The position numbers and the translations under genes are program-made. A model generated the notes under the pieces. That model saw only the letters and a program-made list of their open reading frames with translations. It was not told where the DNA came from and ran no database searches. Shown piece after piece: positions 9,574 through 22,058 of a stretch of 64,000 bases of DNA. The stretch is from Heteronotia binoei (Eukaryota). Numbering within the stretch: the stretch's first letter is position 1; every line of letters starts with the position of its first letter. The DNA lies in the NCBI RefSeq assembly GCF_032191835.1, contig NC_083223.1, forward strand, positions 63,612,001 to 63,676,000, written 5' to 3'.

Positions 9574-10064
9574 CAGGGGTCATTTTGTGGAAAAAGACGT
9601 GCCAGAGCTCATTAGCACAACGCATTTGCATAACTCATTTGCATATGCCACACATCCGTGACATCACTGGATGGTGTACTAAATTATATCAGCTCAACAT
9701 CTACCTTGCAATGCTTCTTGAATCATAATCATCATAATAAAACTTTACTCCCATCATATTTTTAAAATTATTTTCCTGTGTGGCCACAGTGGCACGATGA
9801 AGATTTCCATCTGTCTGCTTTATATATGTTGATTATCGCTTCTCAACCTTTTGGCTAAGATCAAGTTGTTATTTTCCCATTTTTATGGTGAAAAATATTA
9901 GAAAGTTTATCAAATCTTCGAATTCAGCAAAATTCTCACAAGGGGTTTGACCAATGGAGCCCAGAAGCAAGTGTTTGGGGGGAGGGGCAAGAAATAAAGA
10001 GCACAATAAAATTTAGAGGTTCCAGAGCTCCGCTCCTGTGAGATCCTGTCCAAAATGAGGCCTG
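9574..10064. mobile_element. hAT MITE, 491 bp
   Basis: TIRs CAGGGGTCATTTTG / CAAAATGAGGCCTG; perfect 8-bp TSD CTTCTGAA. Confidence 0.9.
9835..9866 (+). pseudogene. U2 snRNA 5' fragment (nt 1-32)
   Basis: atcgcttctcaaccttttggctaagatcaagt versus U2 ATCGCTTCTCGGCCTTTTGGCTAAGATCAAGT, 30/32 identical; homology stops at the branch-point recognition region. Confidence 0.85.
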
Positions 10065-12827
10065 CTTCTGAATTCAGTAAATGGATTTATAAGGGCATAA
10101 CTCTATTTAGGATTGTGCCACTAGATAAAGAAGCATGTCCATTAACTCACCAGCCCTTTTAGCCATTATAATGTCAACAAACAAAGAAGAGCGGTTGACA
10201 GGAAGTAATTTGCCAAAGATTTCACAGAGAGTACTTATTGGAGCTTGGTTTTGAAACCAAATATTTCAGTTCCAAGTCTAGTACTTAAGTGGATCATATT
10301 GGCTTTGAGTCCTTCTCTTTTCATGTAGATGCAGTTGCGAGTTCTTGGGAAAGTGTAGGTTGGGGGATAGGGTCAGTATGAGACCAGAAGAAGATGGACT
10401 TTTGTAGTACTTGGAATCAGAAGTAAGGGCAATACAAGATACCCGCCTTCAAAACTGGTTTAATTAGAAATTTCTGTCTACTCTGCTTGCTTATGAATGA
10501 CAGGAACATACATAGTTTCTGCTGTTTGTCTCCATTATCAAATTCTGATTTTGAAGTGTTAACAAATGAACACTTATTGTTGTGTTTTGATGACTGCTTC
10601 CCATATGCAAGTAATGTTTCAGCATTTGCCAACTGAATATGAGCATGCCTGTGCTGCTACATGTTTACGGCCATTACATTTGGGTTTCCAAGTGGTGGAA
10701 CTGCACCTTCATTGCAAGCTTGGGCTACCTCACACTTACCCTTCATCTATGCAAGTATAAGGAAGACATGCTGCTGGAAGATGGGGCAGAGTTGTGAGTG
10801 AAACACACAGGTGCTCTGGTGGGAGAGACCTATAAATAGATCCAAACTTGCAGAGACCTGGGAATCCCAGCTGTCATTACAGAAAGTTTATGGAGTCTGA
10901 ACACCATATTTTTGCGTGTCGGGATCTGTGCTTGGACCATGAGGAATGACTGCTGTGCGATCCTAAGCCTTTTTACACACACATAAATGCCACTGACATG
11001 AATGGAGCTTACACACTGATAACTGTGCTTAGGAGTACAGTCTGAGTTGCCAGGAATATTATGGGCTAAAAAGGGGGTCCCCAACATAGTGCCTGTAGGC
11101 TCCATGGCATCCAATTATATATTTCCTGGTCCCCCCCCCCCAAGTTTTTTTTGAAAGTGGGCAGAGTCACATAGGGCTTTATCCAGCAGGGCTTCTGGGT
11201 AACCACTGGAAATACATTTGGCGAAGCAGATCTTTTAAAATGTTGTTTTGGCAGCAGCTGGCACCACAGCATAAGGAACTTAACTCTGTGACTGAAGCTA
11301 AGCTGTGCATATGCAAGGAAATACATTTAAATCCATATGTTAATTTTAAAAGGCTGGCATCTTATTAAACAGAGCTTCCGCCTTTAACTTTGAAGGGTTA
11401 CTGTTAAAGTTATGCATAACTGAATTCTCTTACATTTTGTGGTTGGCTCCATCTCCTGAGGCAGCCATTTTGTGGCTTTGCCCATCACCCCAAGTTAGAA
11501 TTCCAAAGGTGCCCACAGGCTTTAAAAGGCTGGAGATCCTTGGGTTGGAATGAGCCTGAAGAGCACCTGGTGCAACGTATTTTATTAAAGCACACAGTCT
11601 ACATGGCATCTGCACTGTATCACACTTCATTTTCTCCATCCCACCCCAATTAAATCATGATGTCCAGTGGCTTAATATAACATTCAGGTCTGGATGTGCA
11701 AAGGAAACAAATTCTGTAACAACTTGAAATGACTCACAGAATGCTTTGGAAAAATATATTAAGATGCTACAAAATAAAAGCTAGGATAATCTAGAAAGCA
11801 CATGCAAAGTTGGCAAGGTTATTATCATTGTTCTCTTTCTTCACCCAGATATGCACAAAGGTAGCAGAGGAAGTTTTGTCATGATAGAGACAGGATAGAA
11901 AGCTTCACATAGTTAACTTTGGCATGCCATCTTGCTGTTGAAAGCTTAATAACAGCCATTTAGACATCTGGCAATCCTGTAAGCTACCTTGCATCTGAGG
12001 AGATAACATGGGATATAAATATAACTGTGTGTATTTGAAGAACACTATTGCTAATTAGAAAATATGGGATTATGGGAGCAGCCCAATTAATTAATATACA
12101 CTGGCTAAATAGCATTATACTGTTTGAAAATTCTGGTCTAAATAACTAAGCAATAGTGCAATTTAATATTTCCTTGAAGGTTGTAATAAGGTCTAATTCA
12201 TTTGTGGTTGTGTTGAAAGGGATCAAACAGGGATGTCTATTAGTTTTTTACTCTCAGTGGAACTACCTGGTAGGAGACAAATTACTCATCATCAGCCTAC
12301 TTTAGATAAGCAACTGTGTTTAACTATGAACGATGAGGTTAGACTTTCCTTATGCATATTCTGTAAAACAGCTAGAGAGAGAAAGCAGATTCAACCTAGC
12401 TTAAAAATGAAGTAAAATAGTTGAAAATTCAAATTTCCAAATCTTTCTCTTGATTGTCCAAGCTAAACTTTAAAAGTATAATTTTGCATATTAATCCAAG
12501 TAAATGCTCAGATTCCTTCCATCTTTGAGGGCTTACATAGTCAGCTAAGATTTCAGCGGCCAAAGATGTGTTATGAGACAAGGCAAGGCAACTGCTTTTT
12601 GTCCTTTCACCTTGGCTGTTACGTCAGGTGTCAAAGTTTTCCCCATCAGAAAAGTGGTACACTAGGCACTGGTAGCCTTTCAAAACAAGATTTAATTTAT
12701 ATAAAACGGATTGGCAGGGAAGGGATGGGATTTGTGCAGAGGTTTCTGGGATTTAGAATCTGTGGACAGATAGAACAAAAAATGAATACAGAACTTCTTC
12801 ACAGGCAACTTGTTTCATAAGATACAG

Positions 12828-13505
12828 TGTTTCTCTCAGGTGGCTCAACACTTACTAAAAGTAACCTTGATGTTAAAGGTTTATATTTTTATAATTACTC
12901 TAGATTTTTTAGGAACTTTCCCTATTTCTAGTCATACAAGCTTGAGGGTATCTTCCTCATCCCTTGGGTTAACAGATTCAGGTCTCTCACTTCTAGACCT
13001 TTTCCTCCTGGCAAACGAGTTATTCTCTTCTCAGTAAGAGCAATAACTCTGGCCTTTGGCACCGTTGAGGGCCTTTCTCTGACACCTCAAACCTTTGGCC
13101 AAGTCCTACTCCAGCTACTAGTCTTTCCCTTGGGATACTAAGCTTGATACAGGAACCTTTGTCCCTCTCAATATATGTTTCTTTATTGGTACACAATCAG
13201 AGACGGCCCTTAATTTCTGGGATCAGTCTCCCACTAGAGTCTCCAGTATTCAGAGCTACACCACATTCACCCTGAAACTGACTCTGCTTCTGCGGCACAG
13301 TCGTACTCTGAGAGCCTCACAAGAGCCACCGCTCTCTCCTGACCACCCTTTTCAACTCCCCAGCTGCTCCTCTAACTCCCAACTGCCACAGTTTGACCAT
13401 TAGAAGCAGTTGCCCAATCACACTGAGTTCCGTGACCTATCACTCACTGAGAATTCCATCATATGCACTGCCTCTTATTCATGCATAAGCTTGCAGTCCA
13501 TCACA
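12828..13505 (-). mobile_element. Putative solo LTR in BAG2 intron 1
   Basis: Minus strand starts TGTGATGG, ends ...GAGAAACA, contains AATAAA; 4-bp flanks ACAG/ACAT (3/4). Confidence 0.5.
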
Positions 13506-13743
13506 ACATGCTTTTACCAAAGTTTAATTTTCTCCTTCTGTTTCTAGTGTTTACTAAATCTGTACAGTTTCAACAAACAGCAATTTAAACCTAAACTTAA
13601 AATCAATGCAAAAATATTTTTTGCCCTAAAGATGGTCCACAAAAACTGATATTTTATACATATATAGCAAAAATGGAGGACTGGGGAATTCCAAATCTGG
13701 AGTTTTCCATTCCTTTCATACCAAAGCAGGATCTAAGGGCAGA

Positions 13744-14326
13744 CAGGGCTAGCCCTACGGTACATGGCACCCCAGGCAGCCTTGGTGTCCACTGCCCCCG
13801 CTCTCCGCCGTACCTCCTCCCTCACAATTTAATGCCTGGGGATGGATGGTGAAATGTCGCATTCCCAGGCTCTTTAAAGCCCCCCCACTGATCAGCTGAT
13901 CAATGGGTAAAACTGCTCCAGAGGCTGGCCTGCATCTATGCTGGTCCTCAGGCACACTTGCAATTAGTGCAGGGGCAGTGGCAATGGGAAGGATGAGCAA
14001 GCCACTGCCTCCTCCTCCCCCTTCCTTCCTGGATCACGTCATTCCCACCACCACTGCCCCTACGCTGATCACGAGCATGCCTGAGGGCCAGCATAGCCAC
14101 CAGCCTCTGGAGTAGTTTTACCCACCAATCAGCTGATTGGTGGGGGGCAGCCTTTAAAGAGTCCAGGGAGTGCGACACTTCACTGCCCATTTCTGGGCAT
14201 TAACATTTTGAGGAAGGGAGGGGGACAAATAGGGGGTGGGTTGGGGGCGAGGTCCGAATTTGGCACCCCCACCCTGCTGGTGCCCTAGGCAAATACCTAG
14301 TTTGTCTAGTGGGTGGGCTGGCCCTG
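13744..14326. mobile_element. hAT-Tip100-like MITE
   Basis: TIRs cagggctagccct / gggctggccctg; TSD AGGGCAGA/AGGGCAGT; internal inverted repeat about 13874-13930 vs 14101-14158. Confidence 0.8.
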
Positions 14327-14714
14327 AGGGCAGTTGATAACATATATTAAAATAGGTAAACAGTCAGAAGTTAAAAAGAAATTAAAGCTTCATACTGCTA
14401 ACTATAACTGAACCACAGAAAAGTCTCCCCCAGTAAAATACCACCATATATTTTCTCAAGTGGCTCCAAAAATTGTTCTGAAGAGCCTAGTTTTATAGCC
14501 TGTCTGGTTGTCAGCCTTCCTTCTTATCCCAGGAGCATTTTCTACAGCACAAGAGCCTTCTCTGCAGTCCAGTTAAAGCATCTTCTAAATTTTCTTTTAG
14601 ACAAGAAGGAAATGTGCTATATATCAATAGAAGATCATGTCAAAACCACACAATTTTCTTCTAAAGTTTAATGAATTAGACAAAATTGCTAATCCATAAT
14701 TCAAATGTCTAATC

Positions 14715-15462
14715 CAGGGATTTCAAACTCATTTGTTATGTGGACCAGATCTGACATAAATGAGACCTTGTTGGGCTGGGCCATGTTGGGCTGGGCCATA
14801 TGTGTACCCAGAGCTTTTTTTGTAGGAAAAAGCCCAGCAGGAACTCATTTGCATATTAGGCCACACCCACTGGTGCCAAGCCAGCCAAAACTGCGTTCCT
14901 GTGCGTTTCTGCTTTAAAAAAAAGCCCTGTGTGTACCTATTTAAGATTAAATAGCAGAAATATAAACTTTATAAAGGACACAGATGAACACAATTAAAGA
15001 TTTTTTAAAAAACTTAAAACAGGCTTAAAATATTAGCATGTTTTGGTCTTAAAGGTGCTTTCTTTGTATTTCTCCCATAGGATCCAGGGAACTGGGCAAA
15101 GGAAGCTCTGGCTCTTTCCTTCCTTCCCCAGGGGACCACGAGGGGGAGGAGCCTCAGCCAATAGAAGGCTTGGCTCAGTAGCTCTGCTTTGCGATTGTGA
15201 TAGCCTGGCAAAGCAAGCTCTTCCTTCCCCCCTTTCTCCCCAAGAGAGGAGCCTCAACCAATGGAGAAGACAGAGGTTTTGCTCTGTAGGGCTATGCTGG
15301 CCCTCAGGCATGTGATTAGCAAGCCTTGCAAAACAAGCTGTTACAAAGAAGGAAGCAAGAGAGAGGGAGAAGGAAGCACATGACAGCCAGTTGCTTGGGG
15401 GGCCTGATAGGAGCCCTCCGTGGGCCGCATTCGGCCCCCAGGCCAGATGTTTGACACTCCTG
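14715..15462. mobile_element. hAT-Charlie-like MITE hosting a nested MITE
   Basis: TIRs cagggatttcaaac / gtttgacactcctg; perfect TSD GTCTAATC; partial relatives at about 43771-43980, 61186-61400 and 62090-62210. Confidence 0.88.
14809..14929. mobile_element. hAT MITE, CAGGGCTTTTT family
   Basis: TIR cagagctttttt / aaaaaaagccctg; perfect TSD TGTGTACC. Confidence 0.9.
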
Positions 15463-15829
15463 GTCTAATCCATTGTCTGGGGCTCTGGCCAGGAGTTCCA
15501 GGTTCACAAAATCTTAAGGAAATCATATGTAATTCCAGGTTTGCTTATAAGGAGTTGGTTTCATCATTACACAACATATAAATGCCTTGATTTTAAATAT
15601 ATTAAGTTGGTCATTTTCTTATTAATCCTACAGCACAGCAGCAACCAAGCTGTCCATTCACAGAATTGCAGGAATGAATAAACTCTGTTGTGACTAGCAT
15701 CAAAGTCAGTATTGTGATAAACCTATTCAGAGAACGGTCTAAGCATGACATGGGAAGGTTCTCTGTATCCAAAATTTAATTGTTTACAATACCACAATTC
15801 TTGACTATCATATTAAAAAATACTTTATT

Positions 15830-16038
15830 TACTTCATTAATACCCTACCTTTCTCCTCCGTAGGGACTTACATTCTCTCCTCCATTTTATCTAAGCAACA
15901 ATGCTATGAAGTTGGTTAGGTTGAGTGTTATGACTTGCCCAAGGTCAGCCAGCCAGCTTCTGTGGCAGAGTAGGGATTCAAACCTAAGTCTCACAGATCC
16001 TAGTTTGACATTCTAGCCACTACACTATGTTCTTCTCA
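15830..16038 (-). mobile_element. tRNA-derived SINE, MIR/Ther1-related (Squam3-like), diverged
   Basis: Reverse complement gives an A-box/B-box-like head, the gaccttgggcaagtc core and an aaaatggaggag tail. Confidence 0.7.
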
Positions 16039-16270
16039 GTGGTAAAAAGTAAAGCAGGAGCCTAAAGATGATCTGCTAATACTGTTTTCAAAAGAATTGT
16101 TCATTAGATATTTGTAAAAGTTGTTTTCAGGCATGATCTAACTCAGAAATACTGTAGTTGAGCTGTTGAACGTCCCCTTTACACATACTAATGGGAGTTT
16201 GCTTTGGAACCTGCCTCTCTGCCGCTTGAATTGACATGCTCCTTTCAGTAATAGCGTAGAAGTATTAGGC

Positions 16271-16619
16271 CAGGGCTTGCTAAACTGTGGCTCTTTCACA
16301 CGTATTGTGTGGCTCTTGAAACCCCCATCACCCTGTCAGCCAACTTGGAAAAGGCATTTCTCTCTCTTTAAATCNNNNNNNNNNNNNNNNNNNNNNNNNN
16401 NNNNNNNNNNNNNNNNNNNNNNNNNNNNNNNNNNNNNNNNNNNNNNNNNNNNNNNNNNNNNNNNNNNNNNNNNNNNNNNNNNNNNNNNNNNNNNNNNNNN
16501 NNNNNNNNNNNNNNNNNNNNNNNNNNNNNNNNNNNNTCTGATGTTCATGTCTTGGGGCTCTCAAACATCTGATGTTTATTCTATGTGGCTCTTACATTAA
16601 GCAGGTTTGTCCACCCCTG
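16271..16619. mobile_element. hAT MITE, CAGGGGTGGCCAAAC family, spans the assembly gap
   Basis: Reverse-complement homology to 59415-59726 on both sides of the Ns; TSD TATTAGGC/CACTAGGC (6/8). Confidence 0.8.
16375..16537. other. Assembly gap (163 N)
   Basis: Run of N. Confidence 1.
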
Positions 16620-16853
16620 CACTAGGCCAATGGATCAGGTGGTTGATGTCTACATCTTCCCATTCCATTCCTACATGCACAGTAGAATTTTACCAGGGGT
16701 ACATTATGACATGGGTCCTTTTCTCCATCTTTCTTCTTGTGATAATAACTGCAACTTCTACTTGCCAGGTTTGCCTTTTTGTGTTGATAAGTGTTGTTCC
16801 TCAGGGTGTACATTATTTCCTCAATTGTTCCTTTTCCTTTTCCCCATCTTTAG

Positions 16854-16963
16854 GGTTGAAGCCTTGCGGGATGCAGCATCATCAATGGAACAAGAAAAAG
16901 AAACTCTTCTGGAAATGATCCATAATATACAGAACAGCCAAGATATGAGGAATATTAGTGAAG
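16854..16963 (+). CDS. BAG2: BAG2 coding exon 2
   Basis: Acceptor catctttag|G; (R)VEALRDAASSMEQEKETLLEMIHNIQNSQDMRNISE(G); donor AAG|GTGGGA; 110 nt. Confidence 0.97.
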
Positions 16964-17607
16964 GTGGGAGCTTACTAAACTTCTTACTTGTACATCTCTT
17001 AATTTGCCCAAAAAGATTCAAAAATGTAAGGCTGATCAAGCAAACTGAAGATGCTGCCATAAGCAGATGCTTCCCAGCAGCTGTCTGTAATCTTTTCCTT
17101 TGCAGTCCAATGAAGCCATGGCTAGGGCCCGGGTACCCAAGAGTACAATAAGCTATGTACCATGAAGGTCTGTAGTGAGAAGGGATAATCAGATGAAATT
17201 GTTTCTCCTCCCTTACTATTGTTCTGTTCAGAGCTAGCTCCCTGTATGTGTGGCAAAGGAACAATTTTATCTGATTCCTTTTTCTTACAATAGCTCCCCC
17301 ATTGTTGGATCCAATCCATAATTATTGCATACCCTGTAGCATGTTTCACCTGGTCCTTTTTACATGATAGATGAATGTGTGTTAACTGATTTATCTGTTA
17401 TGGGGAGCTGCTAGTAAAGATTGTCAGCTTCTCAAGGAGCCACTTCTAGCAGTGTGCAATAACAAAGCCACTCTAAATTCTGTGACTTGCAGTAGAAGCC
17501 TAAATAGTGTGACCTTAGAAGGGGGATTCTGTTTTGGAATGCACTATAGATTATGCATCAAGTAACAAAATTATTTTCAGTCTCCCTATGATAGTGTGGT
17601 GTTGTAG

Positions 17608-18045
<438 letters not shown>

Positions 18046-18624
18046 AAGCTACCCTTGTTTCCACAAAGCACACAAAAACAAAGGAATGCTGCTCTTAAAA
18101 ATCCAAAGTCATGGGGCTTCTCAATGCATAGCTGATACTGTGGAAATCTGATTCAATAGAGAACTTCTCCCTAACTCAGTCCTTGGCTGTTCAGAGCGCA
18201 CAGAAGAATAGCTGGAAAAAGAGAATCCTAGAAAATACCCTTACCATATACTGGGGGTAAAATGTCCCTGACTTCATTGGAGATAAGGTGAAGACTAGTT
18301 AAAGATTACTCCTGTGGGGCACTTGTCCTGTGGTGGCCATGGGGTAAAGTACTAGTATCATTCAGCAGTTTTTATTCCATGACTTTTTGTTCCCTGCACA
18401 GGAATTTAAGGGGGACATGTACTGTACTTATGGTGCCGGGTACATCTGATAGCTGTAACCTCATGTAATATAACAGCAGTGACAAGCATTTATTTATTTT
18501 GTCTTCTTAAGGATTAGCCTTCTCAATCATAACTCATGTCAAGTTTGTTCATAGGGAATTAATGATTGGGTATTTTTAATATTTGTAAAATCATGTTCCT
18601 GCTAAACTTGAAGTGACCCAGTAT

Positions 18625-18817
18625 TAGGGTTGCCAACTCCAGGTTGGGAAATACTTGGGTGAAGTCTGAGGATGGTCGGGTTTGAGGAGGGAGCTCAAGC
18701 GGGGTATAGAGTCCACCTTCCAAAGCAGCCATTTTCTCCAGATGAACTGATCTCTGTTCCCTGGAGATCAGTTGTAATAGCAGATCTTCACCTACCACCT
18801 GGAGGTTGGCAGCCCTG
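18625..18817. mobile_element. hAT-Blackjack-like MITE in the BAG2 3' region
   Basis: TIRs tagggttgccaac / gttggcagccctg; no intact TSD. Confidence 0.75.
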
Positions 18818-19002
18818 CGGCACCCATATTTGTTGTTGTTTTTTTTTAATCTTCTCAGCCATGTTACAGTCTCATTATATATGAAAAAATTCACCTAAGC
18901 ACATTTTTTTCATCTTTGGTGAATGAACCTGTATGGTAGGGAGATTGCTGCAACAGATACAAAGGAAAAAAGTTGATCTGCATTTTTCCCTGTAGGCATA
19001 TA

Positions 19003-19008
19003 AATAAA
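19003..19008 (+). terminator. Candidate BAG2 polyadenylation signal
   Basis: AATAAA about 960 nt after the stop codon, followed by a T/GT-rich tract; no transcript evidence. Confidence 0.3.
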
Positions 19009-19717
19009 GAGATTGTGCTTTGCACTGTAAGTATGTCAGTCCTCTTCTTTGGATACTATCCTATGTATAGGTGCCTTAACTATTGGCAGGCCTGTAGCTA
19101 CAGTGGGGCCCACAGGATCCTGGCACCACCACCCTCACTACTGGAAACCACCTGGCCCCACTACCACTTTATGGAGTCTGCGTAATGGTGCCCTTCTCTG
19201 CCCCTCAGGCTTTAGCTAATGGTGGTGAATCCCTGCTGTGCTCCTCTCCTGAGTGAGCCTGGGGCTCTCCTCACCCAGCCACTCCAGTGGTGGGCTGTGG
19301 CAGGAAGGGCATGGAAATGCAGGGTGGGGTATGCTGCCCAAAGTGACATATGAGGTGCTTACACTCAGGCCAGGGGCTGCTGCAGAGAATGCAGCAGAGG
19401 TTCCCCCTGCTGCCATCCCGAGGCAGCTGCACAAGAACAGCAAGCAAGCAGCTGTGATTAACACCCAGCAAGAACTGAACCCCACCACCACCGCCGCCGC
19501 CGAGAATGCTCCCCTCCCCCCCGATCAAAAGATGTCAGAAAAAAATTATTTGGGAGCAGAAGCACCGAAGCTAGGCTGGTGGGAGTCCCCTGGAGCCTGA
19601 CTCAGAACCAGTCACCAGTTCCTTCTCCTATTGGGTTGGAGGAGCACTGTTACAAAGGTGTGTGACCCCCCCCCCCCATTTGATTATGTGTAGTGCAGAA
19701 AGTGTTGCAAGCAAACA

Positions 19718-19992
19718 GAAGAAGAAATTGGATTTATATCCCGCCCTCCACTCCGAAGTGTCTCAGAGCGGCTCACTATCTCCTTTACCTTCCTCCCCCA
19801 CAACAGACACCCTGTGAGGTGGGTGGGGCTGGAGAGGGCTCTCACAGCAGCTGCCCTTTCAAGGACAACCTCTGCCAGAGCTATGGCTGACCCAAGGCCA
19901 TTCCTTCAGGTGCAAGTGGAGGAGTGGGGAATCAAACCCAGTTCTCCCAGATAAAAGTCCGCACACTTAACCACTACACCAAACTGGCTCTC
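19718..19992 (-). mobile_element. tRNA-derived SINE with L2-like tail (Squam3-like, long form)
   Basis: Reverse complement: gagagccagtttggtgtagtggttaag head, B-box ggtttgattcc, tail ending (TTC)n; homologous to 35871-36139. Confidence 0.9.
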
Positions 19993-21849
19993 CATTTGGG
20001 CTTCTTCCTCCTAGGAGATTCCTCCTCTTAAAGAACTCCAAGATTTCCCAAGCAGATGCAGGTGGATCACCCTGTGTAGGCTGGAAGCAGCTTGAAGATC
20101 TTTAAGATCTATCCACAGTTTTATTCTATCCACCTTTAAGATCTATCCACAGTTTTATTCAAGGTATGAGCTGTCCTGTGCATACATGCCCACTGCTTCT
20201 GAGAAAACTCATGCCCAGCAAAAACTTCATGAGTCTTAAAGGTGCCTGGCTGGACTCAAGCCTTTGTTCTCAAGATTCTCCACAGCATATGAAGACGGGA
20301 GCTTTGATTCTCCTGGAGTCACAACTGATCTCCAGCTGACAGGGGAAAGTACCCTTGGAGAAAATAGCTTACTCCTGAGTATGGCTTACTCCCAAGTAGA
20401 TCTTTCAGCTTCCAGAGCCTGACCTCCCCCCCCCCCCCTTTAACAAAAAGTCCTGCTTGTGGAAACTTGAAATCCTGGCTACAGCCCTAGTGGAGACAAA
20501 TAGTAGGCTCCCTTAAACTGTTTTCCCCTGGTATCCTGGGACCTGGCAGTAAGGAAAAGCAGGGGCTGTGGTTTGGAGCAGAGATGTATCCTAAACTGCA
20601 CAGGTTTACTCTCTCTCACCCCTCTGGTATTCAGAGGTTTGCTGCTTGTGAATACGGACATTCCCTTTACTCACCTTGGCTAGTAACCACTAATAGAACT
20701 ATCCTCCATGAATCTGTCTAACTCCCTTTTAAAGCCATCCATGCTTCCAGGTGGAAACAGACTTCCAAATCAATAGAAACAAAATAAAACAGAGAGATGT
20801 GATTATGGGATAACAAATATTTAAGCACCTCTCTTGATTTTTTTTGCAATAGATGTCTGTTAGCCATTTATACTTGGGGTTAAGATTACTACAGTTTATA
20901 GGCAACATTCCAAACATGCCTTGGTGACTGCTTTGTTAAATAGCAATACTTTGGGTATGCAGTGTTTTATATTTCAAATGTCAAATCTGTCTTAAAAATC
21001 CAGTTCCATTAAGTGCCTTTCTCCTTCAGTACTACTGAAAAATACTTTAGCATCCACTGGCTTTACTGACCTCTCAGAACAAGTGATCATGAAAATTATT
21101 AGACTCATTTAAATGGCCCATGAAGCCTACTGGTTTCATTACCAAACAGTGCTTTTTGATTGGTTTTTAGAGAGAAACAGCCAGTTCTAGGTCCAATGCA
21201 TTTTATTTTCCCTGCAAATTCAAAGACTGCAAATCATTTTGACAAAGTCAATTAAAAAAAAAAATCTGAAGTTACATCAGTGTGGAAATAAGGTTAAACA
21301 ACAGACACAATTTGTTTTAGCCATTTAGTTACACTTTTATAATGAAACTCTCACTTTCTTGACAATGGACTAATAGTAATAAAACTAACCTTCCCCTTTG
21401 GTGTAGGGTAACTTGTGAAAATGTTTGGAGCAACCATAGTCACAAGTCGTCCAGGCACCTCACTGCTCACATGAATCAATATTTTCCTAAATCGTTTACC
21501 TTTAAAGACAGAATAGCCCTATGCAGACTTAACACCATAATGCTCAACCATAATTTGAAGCAATGTGTAGGCCATAATTGAAATAGCCATGGTTAGAAAC
21601 CCTCTTGCATTGAGCAACCATAGTTAATATAATTTATTTGTTTCTTTTTGTTTGCTTACTTTGTTTGAATCGTATCTAAATGTTTGTGAGCAGCTTTGGG
21701 TCCCCACCAGGGAGAAAAACACGACAGTGAGTTGCCTAAGTAAATAAATCTCCACATGTAAAAAGCACCAAGTAGCTCTTAATGGTATCTTCCTATACCC
21801 AGCTCCAAGCTAAATCATGGCTGCATTGTTCATTTGGAAACTTTCAGGT

Positions 21850-22058
21850 ATTGTGACCCCTTTTCTCCCCAATGGGGACACAGAGAAGCTTACATCACAT
21901 TCTTCCCTCCTTCATTTTATACCCTCTGAAGCAGGTTAGGCTGAGAGGAAGTAGCTGGCCCAAGGTCACCCTGTAAGTTTTCATGACAGAACAAGGATTC
22001 AGACCTGGGTCTTCTAAATCCTAGTTTGATGCATGATCACTACGCCATGTTGGCTCTC
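21850..22058 (-). mobile_element. Squam3/MIR-like SINE
   Basis: Same head, core and tail as other copies. Confidence 0.7.

Noticed and set aside
9760-9866. Functional U2 snRNA gene
   Set aside because: Only 32 nt of U2 with 2 mismatches, no Sm site, no recognisable PSE or 3' box
16585-17151. 188-aa ORF as a separate gene or longer exon
   Set aside because: Only 16854-16963 matches BAG2; the rest is intronic read-through past canonical splice sites
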